Shown piece by piece: positions 52,777-61,741 of a stretch of DNA of 64,000 bases. Made by a program: the position numbers and the translations under genes. The notes under the pieces are model-generated. The model was not told the DNA's origin. It ran no database searches and saw only the letters and a program-made list of their open reading frames with translations. This stretch comes from Gammaproteobacteria bacterium (GTDB taxonomy: Bacteria > Pseudomonadota > Gammaproteobacteria > JAJDYQ01): positions 1,583,363-1,647,362 of the forward strand of contig OZ243932.1 of assembly GCA_965214035.1 (NCBI GenBank), read 5' to 3'. Each line of letters starts with the position of its first letter. Positions within the stretch are counted from its first letter, which is position 1.

Positions 52777-54660
52777 CTAGAAAAGCTTCTTTAGCCTGCC
52801 CTTCAACTTATCCTCAAGATCATCTTTTTTCTGCTGTACTTTTTGTCTGGCACGTTCCGATAAAGCGCCTGACAGTTCAGGCTTATAGGACAAGTCAGAA
52901 AATGGCCCCTTAATACGTAGCGGAATCGTGATGCCCTTTAATTTCGACAAATCTTCGCCTCCCTGACCCTGCAATGATCCGACCAGAGAAGCTTCCAATA
53001 AATAATCCACCTGCTCCCTGTTCAGATCAATGGTACCGCTCCCGACCGCACGCAACAGCGGTGACTTCATGGATAAATCCTTGTTGGAAAGCACACCCCT
53101 TTCAATGGTCGCCTTGGCTGATAATTGTGAAAAATCGGTTTTCTCGGGCAAATCCGTCTTCTGAGCTACCCTGCCCTCCCACATGGCCATACCCTCCCTG
53201 AGAATTCCGGCGACATTAACGCCGATAACGGCACCATCCTTAAAATTCAATGATGCATTACCGTGCAACGTCTTCTTCAGGGCGTTTTGCGAATTACCTT
53301 TACCCCTGACATCTACAAAACCGCTGGCAATACCCGCCAGCCTTGCCTCTTCCGCCAAATCTTTCAGCAAGGATTCGACATGAATATTATTAAAGTCAGA
53401 CCTGATTTCAAAAACCGGCACTTCGGGCAACACATCCACAGCGAAACTGCCTGAATGTTCCCCCTGATAAAGATCGGCCCGGATATCAAGATTGATGCGG
53501 CCATCGGTTGATTTCAATTCAAGCTCGACATCATCAGCTTTTATATTGTTTACCCGCAAATGAGCAATATGTGCCGTACCATCGGCATTCAGTTTTCTCA
53601 AGGCTTCAACAGGAAGCAATGGTTCATCACCGGTTACACCCGCATCATTCGATTGAGGCCGAGGACCGGACCCTGCCGCACTTGTCAACAAATAGCGCCC
53701 AAGATCAATCTGGTCAATGTCCAGTTCGAAAGTCACTGCCTGCTGGCTGACATCAGTAATATCCACCCTACCCCTCAAGGTTGTATCATCCATTACAATA
53801 TTCAGGCGTTCCATGGCAATACGCTGGCCGGACACCATCATGTTAAAACCTGCCTTGATATGAGTGAGCATAGCTGGATCCACTGTCTCGGGGACAGCCA
53901 CCCCCAGGACCTCCAATAGATGACGAACACCATCCACCTCAAGCACCACGCTATTCATCGTGATACTTTCATCTGCCCCGGAAAACAATACATCACCTGT
54001 GAGCCTGAACATGCCGCCCGCCTGATGCGATTTACTGGCAAAATGTGCCGAAAAATCAATACTTGTGGACTGGCCCGGCATGATCGCCCCACCAGTTAAA
54101 TTGATCTCAGATATCCGGTAGGCTTCCCCCGTCGTATCATCCTGCCAGTTGATTTGTGCATCACGTATGTTGACACCACCGATATACAGCGAACCCAAAC
54201 CTGCCTCCGCATCATGTTGCGGGGATGACGATTGCTGATCGGCCTGTCCGTCTGCGTCCTTGAAAAAATTATCCCAGTTGGCCTGACCTGCCTTATTGCG
54301 ATGCAGGTTCAAAAACAGCCCCTCCACAACCACTTCGTCGACCTTCACCTGTTTGCTCAGCAGCGGTAGCAGGGCAAGCCGGATATGCACAGCACTCACA
54401 TGGGCGAACGGCCTATCATCAAATCCCATCGCATTACTCAGCTCTGTTTTGCCCATGACAAGGCCGATTTTGGGAAACACATCCAAATCAAGCTCACCCT
54501 CGATACTCAGGTCGCGCCCCGTTTGCTGTTTAACGGCCCGGACAATCTGGGCCTTAAAGGCATCAGATTGAATGATATCAGGCAGCGTAAATACCATGGC
54601 GACGATGAAGACAACCGCAAGGATGCCCAGCCCCACCAAAATACTGAATATTTTTTTCAT
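52777..54660 (-). CDS. asmA: AsmA family protein
   Basis: 627 aa. An N-terminal anchor is followed by the long beta-rich repeat pattern typical of AsmA. Confidence 0.75.
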   Translation of the reverse strand: MKKIFSILVGLGILAVVFIVAMVFTLPDIIQSDAFKAQIVRAVKQQTGRDLSIEGELDLDVFPKIGLVMGKTELSNAMGFDDRPFAHVSAVHIRLALLPLLSKQVKVDEVVVEGLFLNLHRNKAGQANWDNFFKDADGQADQQSSSPQHDAEAGLGSLYIGGVNIRDAQINWQDDTTGEAYRISEINLTGGAIMPGQSTSIDFSAHFASKSHQAGGMFRLTGDVLFSGADESITMNSVVLEVDGVRHLLEVLGVAVPETVDPAMLTHIKAGFNMMVSGQRIAMERLNIVMDDTTLRGRVDITDVSQQAVTFELDIDQIDLGRYLLTSAAGSGPRPQSNDAGVTGDEPLLPVEALRKLNADGTAHIAHLRVNNIKADDVELELKSTDGRINLDIRADLYQGEHSGSFAVDVLPEVPVFEIRSDFNNIHVESLLKDLAEEARLAGIASGFVDVRGKGNSQNALKKTLHGNASLNFKDGAVIGVNVAGILREGMAMWEGRVAQKTDLPEKTDFSQLSAKATIERGVLSNKDLSMKSPLLRAVGSGTIDLNREQVDYLLEASLVGSLQGQGGEDLSKLKGITIPLRIKGPFSDLSYKPELSGALSERARQKVQQKKDDLEDKLKGRLKKLF

Positions 54661-54682
54661 GACATCCCCTGTCTAAAGCTGC

Positions 54683-55153
54683 TCATCTGGGAACAGACAT
54701 TACCTGAAGTACTCTGGCAGGATGATCTTCCGCTTTGGGCACCTTTGCCCAACGCTTAACCACCTTGCCATCGGCACCAACCCAGGCAGTAGAACGTATA
54801 ACGCCTGTTACTTTTTTGCCGTACATCATTTTCTCTCCCCAAGCTCCATATTTCTTCATGATTTTCCTGTCGGGATCGCTCAGTAGAGTCAAAGGCAGAT
54901 CATATTTACTGATAAATTTGAGATGGCTTTCACCATCGTCAGGAGATACTCCCAGAACGACAATACCCCGATCCTGATATTGCTCCCATAAATCCCGGAA
55001 GCCACAGGCTTCTTTTGTACAACCCGGAGTATCATCTTTCGGGTAAAAGTAAATAACCACATCGGAACCGCGAAAGTCCTTCAAGGCAACCTTGTTGCCG
55101 TGCTGGTCCTGAAGTGTAAATAACGGTGCGGCTTTTCCTTCCTCAATCGACAT
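54683..55153 (-). CDS. bcp: Thioredoxin-dependent peroxiredoxin Bcp
   Basis: MSIEEGKAAPLFTLQDQHGNKVALKDFRGSDVVIYFYPKDDTPGCTKEAC. AGGAGA precedes ATG 55153. Confidence 0.9.
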   Translation of the reverse strand: MSIEEGKAAPLFTLQDQHGNKVALKDFRGSDVVIYFYPKDDTPGCTKEACGFRDLWEQYQDRGIVVLGVSPDDGESHLKFISKYDLPLTLLSDPDRKIMKKYGAWGEKMMYGKKVTGVIRSTAWVGADGKVVKRWAKVPKAEDHPARVLQVMSVPR

Positions 55154-55375
55154 TCCATTTCTCCTGTTCAAATTATCGGATGATTCGTGACACATTTTGT
55201 AACGCCATCCTGCCGATAGCAAGCACTTCATCGCACCATTATCAGGCTGACAACCTCGGTACCGCTGTAAAACAGCCGCCATGTGGCGACATTTTCCCGC
55301 TGTCATATTCTTCTTTTGGTAACGGGTTCGCATATAATAACTTCAACTGCCGATACGCCCCGGCGATATAAATCC

Positions 55376-55972
55376 ATGAAATCTTCGTCAATCAGCCAGC
55401 TTCGCCGGGATATTGAGTTCGATGCCGAGCTCTGCGGACATGATCTCCATTTTCATACAACCTGGGGGCTGTTTTCACCACGTGAAATTGATGATGGAAC
55501 CCTGCTGCTGCTTCAGCATCTTGATATAAAGCCGGAACATGACTGCCTTGATCTGGGCTGCGGCTACGGTTCTATCGGTCTGGCGATGGCTCGATCAGCC
55601 AATCGCGGGCAGACACTGCTGATCGACAAGGACTTTGTCGCTGTTGAATATGTTGAAAAAAATATCCGCTACAACCATATCAACAATGCCGAAGTATTGC
55701 TCAGCAACGGGTTCGACCACATTCCCCCGAACCGTCAATTCGATGTGATTGCATCCAATATCCCGGCCAAGGTCGGCAGAGAGTTGCTCACACTGATTCT
55801 GCATGACGCCTATAACAGACTGAATCCGGGTGGTTGCCTGTACATCGTGACGATCAACGGACTGCGACAATTTATGAAACGCCACATGGCTGAAACATTC
55901 AATGACTATAAAAAAATCAAACAGGGTTCACATTACACCGTGGCACGAGCCCGCAAAAACCAGTCCGGTTAA
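55376..55972 (+). CDS. Class I SAM-dependent methyltransferase (RsmC/RsmD-type small domain)
   Basis: LDLGCGYGSIGLAMA (motif I) and FDVIASNIPAKVG (NPP[FY]-like motif IV variant). The target is unknown. Confidence 0.7.
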   Translation: MKSSSISQLRRDIEFDAELCGHDLHFHTTWGLFSPREIDDGTLLLLQHLDIKPEHDCLDLGCGYGSIGLAMARSANRGQTLLIDKDFVAVEYVEKNIRYNHINNAEVLLSNGFDHIPPNRQFDVIASNIPAKVGRELLTLILHDAYNRLNPGGCLYIVTINGLRQFMKRHMAETFNDYKKIKQGSHYTVARARKNQSG

Positions 55973-57750
55973 TCATCATCAATGCTCTCAGGTACAAGCT
56001 CTAAAAGTGCCCGAATAACCTCCCGACCTGTGGCATACCGATCATCCCGATCCTTTGACAGTAATTTACCGATGATTCTATCCAGGGGGTCAGTGACTGA
56101 TGTTAGCCGGGGTACGGGGCCACTCACATGTTGACGCATGATGTCCATCGGCGAATCACCACTGTAGGGATGCTCCCCTTCTATCATCTCGTACAGCATG
56201 ATGCCCAGAGCATACAAATCGCTGCGGCCATCAAGCGGGCTGCCAACCGCCTGTTCAGGACTGATATAGTACGGCGTACCGACCACATGATCGGAAAACG
56301 CCAGACTTGTTCTTGATTCGGTCATTAGCTTGGCAATACCAAAATCCAACAGCACCGGATCTCCGTTGGCACGGAACATCACATTAGAGGGCTTAAGATC
56401 ACGATGCAGAATATTCTGCTGATGGGCCGTATCCAGTGCTGCTGCAATCACTGTGGTGTAATGCACGATATCCTTTCGATTGATCCCTTTGCTGATGCGT
56501 TTCTTTAGATCACCTGCCGGGAAATACTCCATAACCGCATAAGCACTTTCCTCTGAAGCAACCAGATCCTGAATTGCCACGACATGCCGGTGAGACACTT
56601 TTTCAATCAATTGATAACCACGAATAAAGCGCTTCCGACCCAACCTGTCGGAAGTATCCCTGTCAAACAATTTCATTGCGGATATCTGACCCGTATCTTT
56701 ATGCTGCACCTTGAAAACCGACACCATACCACCGATAGCAACAAACTCCAGTATCCGGTAGTTATCGATGATTGCTTCACCTCTTTCTATTTGCTGCGGC
56801 GTGAATGGCCAGTACTGACCCAAGGTAAAACTCTTGGCTTTCGCATCCCGATCTTCCGGCAAGGCAGCCTGTTGCAGATTCGCACGATCCAGAATTGACA
56901 TCAGGCCGGTCGTCACGAAGGAGGCCTCCAGAGAATCATGACTCTCCTGATAGTCTGCCGTCACTTCATCAGTGACCCCGACATGGTCATGATGTTTGCC
57001 AGAGCCTGTGGTTTCCGGCAGTCTGCCATCTTCATCGCCAATGCTGCCAGAATGACCTGTCCGCATAAATCCAGTGCGTCCGGATGCACGACTGTGCGAG
57101 CCATCATCAGTTTGCACATTGAATACCACCGGATCCAGTGTCGAAGGGTTTAGACGAGGCAGTACCTCAGTTGGCTCATCAGTCATATTATCCATACCGG
57201 AAAGCACCTGTCCGCTCTGCCGAACAGATGAGTCATCACCAGTGGGCTTGTTGGTCGACTTGATCGTTGAGACAAGGCTGGCGGTGACACCGGACTCCAG
57301 TGGCAAAAACGTCGAGGCAGATTTTGTTGCAAATCCAGACTTTACCTCGTGCATATTCGCCGCTATCAATAATGCACGTGTCAGGCGTTTGAGAGACAGT
57401 CGGGTAATGTCGATATAATCAGAACCACCGGCCCGGACCATATCAGCGGCATCATCTACGGTCGCCGAACGATCCATGAAAATTATCACAGGCAATGCCG
57501 CCTGCATCACCAGATCAAAATACCAGTTCCGAATAGCTGCCTTATGCTCGGACATGTCAACGATGATCAGATCAACCTGACTCCATGCATAGCCATGCTG
57601 CGGAAGATTCTGCCGCGCAGGGTCGATTGCAGAAAATTCAGGCCTGTCCAACAAGCGCATCAAGGCAACCGCAAGCCGCCACCGATACTTGACTACTGAA
57701 CCGATAATCAGTATGCGTTTAAAACTACAGTCCTTGAGATCCTTAACCAC
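55969..57750 (-). CDS. Hanks-type serine/threonine protein kinase with N-terminal receiver-like domain
   Basis: The C-terminal half has AMKLF, HRDLKPSNVMF, DFGIAKL and GTPYYISPEQ. The N-terminal ~130 aa has a CheY-like alpha/beta pattern (ILIIGS...VDLIIVDMS...PVIIFMD...). A low-complexity linker lies in between. Confidence 0.85.
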   Translation of the reverse strand: MVKDLKDCSFKRILIIGSVVKYRWRLAVALMRLLDRPEFSAIDPARQNLPQHGYAWSQVDLIIVDMSEHKAAIRNWYFDLVMQAALPVIIFMDRSATVDDAADMVRAGGSDYIDITRLSLKRLTRALLIAANMHEVKSGFATKSASTFLPLESGVTASLVSTIKSTNKPTGDDSSVRQSGQVLSGMDNMTDEPTEVLPRLNPSTLDPVVFNVQTDDGSHSRASGRTGFMRTGHSGSIGDEDGRLPETTGSGKHHDHVGVTDEVTADYQESHDSLEASFVTTGLMSILDRANLQQAALPEDRDAKAKSFTLGQYWPFTPQQIERGEAIIDNYRILEFVAIGGMVSVFKVQHKDTGQISAMKLFDRDTSDRLGRKRFIRGYQLIEKVSHRHVVAIQDLVASEESAYAVMEYFPAGDLKKRISKGINRKDIVHYTTVIAAALDTAHQQNILHRDLKPSNVMFRANGDPVLLDFGIAKLMTESRTSLAFSDHVVGTPYYISPEQAVGSPLDGRSDLYALGIMLYEMIEGEHPYSGDSPMDIMRQHVSGPVPRLTSVTDPLDRIIGKLLSKDRDDRYATGREVIRALLELVPESIDDD

Positions 57751-57900
57751 CCCCTAACCTTCCTTATGGTTTTTATTCTTGGTTATTAATTGCAGGCAAT
57801 TGTACAACAAGTAGCCCGGCATAGCAATAGTCGACAAGCAAACATAGACAGACATGTCATCAGACCTGCTATAATAAGGGACTACATTGAAATCACCGCT

Positions 57901-58335
57901 ATGATTAAAGAAACCGAAAAGTATGAAGTCGGGCAAAGCCTGCCATGGGTCAAGGTGCTTGACAGTCTGCTGTTTAACGACGACGGATTGATTCCGGCCA
58001 TTGCACAGCAGTTTGACAGTCGGGAAGTATTGATGATGGCCTGGATGAATCGGCAATCGCTGGAAGAGACCCTGGAAGCCGGGCGGGTATGCTACTTCTC
58101 TCGCTCCCGGCAAAAACTCTGGCGTAAGGGCGAATCATCGGGACAAATTCAACTCCTCAGGGAAATGCGTCTGGATTGCGATGGGGATACGATCCTGCTG
58201 CTGGTCGATCAAACTGGCCCGGCATGCCATACAGGCCGCAAAAGCTGCTTTTATAATCAGGTAAAGGGAGACCGGGTCAGCGTTATCCAGGCTCCACTAA
58301 TCAATCCGGATATCCTGTACCGAAAACACCAGTAA
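57901..58335 (+). CDS. hisI: Phosphoribosyl-AMP cyclohydrolase
   Basis: GLIPAIAQQFDSREVLMMAWMN..SLEETL..G...YFSRSRQKLWRKGESSG...DCDGD.ILL.VDQTGPACHTG..SCF. Monofunctional HisI. Confidence 0.9.
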   Translation: MIKETEKYEVGQSLPWVKVLDSLLFNDDGLIPAIAQQFDSREVLMMAWMNRQSLEETLEAGRVCYFSRSRQKLWRKGESSGQIQLLREMRLDCDGDTILLLVDQTGPACHTGRKSCFYNQVKGDRVSVIQAPLINPDILYRKHQ

Positions 58336-58361
58336 CACCACAAAAGCCCCAGGCACTAAAT

Positions 58362-59759
58362 ATGGCTTTGCACATACACAATACACTCACCAGGGAAAAA
58401 GAAGAATTTATCCCACTCGACTCTGAGCGGATCACAATGTATGTCTGCGGGCCAACAGTCTATAACTATGTTCATATTGGTAACGCCAGACCTGCCGTAG
58501 TGTTTGATGTCATGTTCCGGCTACTACAGCAACTCTACCCGAACGTGATTTATGCCAGAAACATCACGGATGTTGACGATAAAATCATCAATACAGCTAT
58601 TGAGGCAAACACTGACATTGATGAAATCACACAACGCTATACAGCCGCCTACCATGAAGACATGAAAAATCTGGGAGTACTGGAACCCACAATCGAGCCC
58701 TTTGCGACGGCACATATTGAGCCTATGCAGGAGATGATACGACTCCTCATGGACCGGGGACACGCCTATCAGGCAAATGGCAATGTCATGTTCAACATAT
58801 CCACCATGAAAGAATATGGTCGTCTCTCTGGACGGCATCCGGACGACATGCTGGCGGGGGCGCGAATCGAAGTCGCCGACTATAAGCAAAACCCGGGTGA
58901 CTTCATATTATGGAAACCTTCTCTGGATAATCAGCCGGGATGGGATAGTCCATGGGGGCGCGGTCGCCCCGGCTGGCACCTCGAATGCTCCGCCATGATA
59001 AAAACCCATCTGGGCGAGATGATTGATATTCATGGCGGCGGCCAGGACTTGATCTTTCCGCATCACGAAAACGAGATTGCCCAGGGCCGCTGTGCCCATG
59101 GCACCGAAAGCTATGTGAACTACTGGATGCACAACGGCTATCTCACGATCAATGGAGAAAAAATGTCCAAATCGCTGAATAATTTTCTGACCATCCATGA
59201 CGCCCTGAAACACGCACCCGGAGAATCACTGCGCTACGCCCTGCTCAACGCCCAATATCGCCAGCCACTGGACTGGTCAGAAAAAACGCTGAAACAGGCA
59301 AAAGCCGGTATTGACCGCCTGTATAACGCCCTGCGACAGGCTGGTGACATTGAACCGACACCACAGCACACTACCTTGCCAGCCGCAATCCCTGCCGGGG
59401 TCATGGCCGCACTGCAAGACGACCTGAATACACCGATAGCCCTGGCCCAGCTGCACGAAATTGCCACGCAACTTAATAAAACAGATGATATCGATCTGAA
59501 GGCCCGCCATAAGGCCGGGTTGCTGGCTGGTGGTGCCATCCTGGGCCTGCTGACGAATGACCCGGAAGCATGGTTCCGCTGGCAACCCCAGGATTCGGAC
59601 GGACTCAGCGACGATGAAGTTGACAGACTGATCAAAGCACGCTGGAGCGCCAGAACCAGCAAAGATTTTCAGAGGGCTGATGAAATCCGCGCCCTGTTAA
59701 TCGATGCGGGAATTGAGCTGGAAGACAGCCCGGAAAAAACCCGTTGGCGCAGAAAATAA
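58362..59759 (+). CDS. cysS: Cysteine--tRNA ligase
   Basis: MYVCGPTVYNYVHIGNAR (HIGH region), KMSKS, and the CysRS zinc ligands. Confidence 0.95.
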   Translation: MALHIHNTLTREKEEFIPLDSERITMYVCGPTVYNYVHIGNARPAVVFDVMFRLLQQLYPNVIYARNITDVDDKIINTAIEANTDIDEITQRYTAAYHEDMKNLGVLEPTIEPFATAHIEPMQEMIRLLMDRGHAYQANGNVMFNISTMKEYGRLSGRHPDDMLAGARIEVADYKQNPGDFILWKPSLDNQPGWDSPWGRGRPGWHLECSAMIKTHLGEMIDIHGGGQDLIFPHHENEIAQGRCAHGTESYVNYWMHNGYLTINGEKMSKSLNNFLTIHDALKHAPGESLRYALLNAQYRQPLDWSEKTLKQAKAGIDRLYNALRQAGDIEPTPQHTTLPAAIPAGVMAALQDDLNTPIALAQLHEIATQLNKTDDIDLKARHKAGLLAGGAILGLLTNDPEAWFRWQPQDSDGLSDDEVDRLIKARWSARTSKDFQRADEIRALLIDAGIELEDSPEKTRWRRK

Positions 59760-59771
59760 ACCAATTGCAGA

Positions 59772-59845
59772 TGGAGCGGGTGAAGGGAATCGAACCCTCG
59801 TTAAAAGCTTGGGAAGCTTTTGTTCTACCATTGAACTACACCCGC
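59772..59845 (-). tRNA. tRNA-Gly (anticodon CCC)
   Basis: The reverse complement is GCGGGTGTAGTTCAATGGTAGAAC A AAAGC-TTCCCAA-GCTTT TAAC GAGGG-TTCGATT-CCCTT CACCCGC T CCA. Confidence 0.9.
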
Positions 59846-60045
59846 ACCTCCGATATGATACCACAACATGCGCTCACAGAGCATCAGAACCGGGCATCCG
59901 CACTTACTCGGTACCGACATACATTATCACCCTGCCGTGAGGTAGCTGACTGGCCTGAACAGACGAACCACCTTCCCATGGCAAAAAACCCAAAAAGATA
60001 TTATCATGGGAGAGCAATCGGACACGGCGGAGGCGCTCTATTCTG

Positions 60046-60456
60046 ATGTATAAAAAATCTATCTATGGTCTTTTAGTGGCAACCGCTCTGGCTGCGCTGC
60101 TCGGCTGCGGTTCCTGGAAAGATGAGGACAGGATGACGAAATTCAGCGACTCTTTCCGGGTTTATTCGAAACATCTGCGCTGGGGGCACTTTCATGAAGT
60201 TAGCAGCTTTATGACACCGGAACATGTTGAGTCAACCATTGCTGCAATTCCCTCACTGAAAGGTGTGCGGATAACCGCCATCAAACCACTAAAGTGGACT
60301 GTGGATAAATCACAGGACAACATTTCCGGCCGCATTCAAATCGACTATTACATCGAAGACATAGGGGTCGTCAAACAAACCGGCCAGCAGCAAACCTGGC
60401 GGTGGTTCAAAGATCTCAAGACCTGGAAGCTGGATGCTGGTTTGCCGGCATTTTGA
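60046..60456 (+). CDS. Hypothetical lipoprotein
   Basis: Lipobox ALLGC. 136 aa. GGAGG lies 13 nt upstream of the ATG. Confidence 0.55.
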   Translation: MYKKSIYGLLVATALAALLGCGSWKDEDRMTKFSDSFRVYSKHLRWGHFHEVSSFMTPEHVESTIAAIPSLKGVRITAIKPLKWTVDKSQDNISGRIQIDYYIEDIGVVKQTGQQQTWRWFKDLKTWKLDAGLPAF

Positions 60457-60595
60457 GCAAACCGGCAACCATTACACACATTCTGGAAAAGTGGCGGCAT
60501 CCGCACAATACCCGTTTGAATCACCACTGAAGCGCACAGTACTGTCACACGCTGATTTGCCTCAGTGCAAGCGAAAAATTATTTTTACATGTTAT

Positions 60596-61180
60596 TTATA
60601 ATGACAATCTTCTTTTTGAAAAAATTAACGCTGCCATTAAAATCAACATATAACCAGACAACTCAGATATCTCTTCCAGAAATACATGATGTAATATCAC
60701 ATTACGATGTTCAAAAAAATCACCGATAAATAATAAAACAGCCGCCGCTATAATCAGCCTCGCCATCAATGACACCATAAATTCTTTCGCCAGTTTTTTA
60801 TAATATTTATAATTAAACAGAGCATAAACACCCATGGCGACAAATCCGATGATTAACATTATATTGCGTCCGGTGCCGTGCCCCATGAATTTCAGGAAAT
60901 TTATTATATCCAGGTCTTCAACATCTATTTCTCTCAGCACAAAGCTAAAACAAAGAAATGAGAAAAATATCAGCACCAGCTTATCCCCTCTTTTTTGGCT
61001 GAAAACAGGAAGAAGAAATACGGCACATGACAATGTTAAAATTGCTGCCTGTGTATTTTCCAGCCAGCCGTTCTCCGCATAAATTGAGACTTGGTCAAGA
61101 ACATAAACAGCATAAGAAAAGTAGCACAAGGCTCCGATAAACATGATCGTAACCACAAATATTTTTATGTCTGTCTTCAT
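60596..61180 (-). CDS. Hypothetical polytopic membrane protein (AT-rich gene)
   Basis: 194 aa with about 5-6 hydrophobic helices. The gene is visibly AT-rich compared with its neighbours. No family recognised. Confidence 0.5.
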   Translation of the reverse strand: MKTDIKIFVVTIMFIGALCYFSYAVYVLDQVSIYAENGWLENTQAAILTLSCAVFLLPVFSQKRGDKLVLIFFSFLCFSFVLREIDVEDLDIINFLKFMGHGTGRNIMLIIGFVAMGVYALFNYKYYKKLAKEFMVSLMARLIIAAAVLLFIGDFFEHRNVILHHVFLEEISELSGYMLILMAALIFSKRRLSL

Positions 61181-61321
61181 GCCTCCCCTCGAATCTTTCT
61201 AAAAGTTATTTAAGCAGGCTGCCAGCATCAACCAATTGAACAGGAATATGCCTTTACCATTATATCCAAATTAATATCAGCCCTGATGACTTTGCCTCAA
61301 TGTAACGTTTGGCAACTGATA

Positions 61322-61336
61322 TGGCACGATAGTCGC
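61322..61336 (+). promoter_or_regulatory. Sigma-54-like -24/-12 element (TGGCACG-N4-TCGC)
   Basis: TGGCACGATAGTCGC compared with the consensus TGGCACG-N4-TTGC gives one mismatch. It is about 400 nt upstream of the regulator gene, so its target is unclear. Confidence 0.25.
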
Positions 61337-61741
61337 CTGTACCACTGGGTGCCTGTGTTCAGAGCCTTTCTCGTCAAGGCAACCTCGATAAAATGAATAT
61401 AGCGCAAAAACAAAGGAAACCCTGCCCAGCCACTCTCATCAGCCTTACACACCCATGTCTCTTTGTGTACTATAGTGTTATACAAGCAGGTTCACGTGGG
61501 GAAGTTGGCCGGAAGTCTGATAGAGGTAAAGGCCATATTATAAATCGGCCTGTTTGCATGCGGGACCAATATAGCTTGAATCAATTGATCGCAGCAACCA
61601 GAAATCTGATTGCTGTGCAGAACATTACAAATGAACTTGTTGCTGGCATGGATAAATTGGAAACTTTTCCGAAAACGGGATTGCCCGTTCAGGTACACCG
61701 AAAAAACTGATTGACCTGAATTTTTACAGAACCCCTAAAAT

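Noticed and set aside
61393-61710. 105-aa ORF in the AT-rich spacer
   Set aside because: It has no SD, its N-terminal composition is odd, and I recognise no family. It is probably non-coding.
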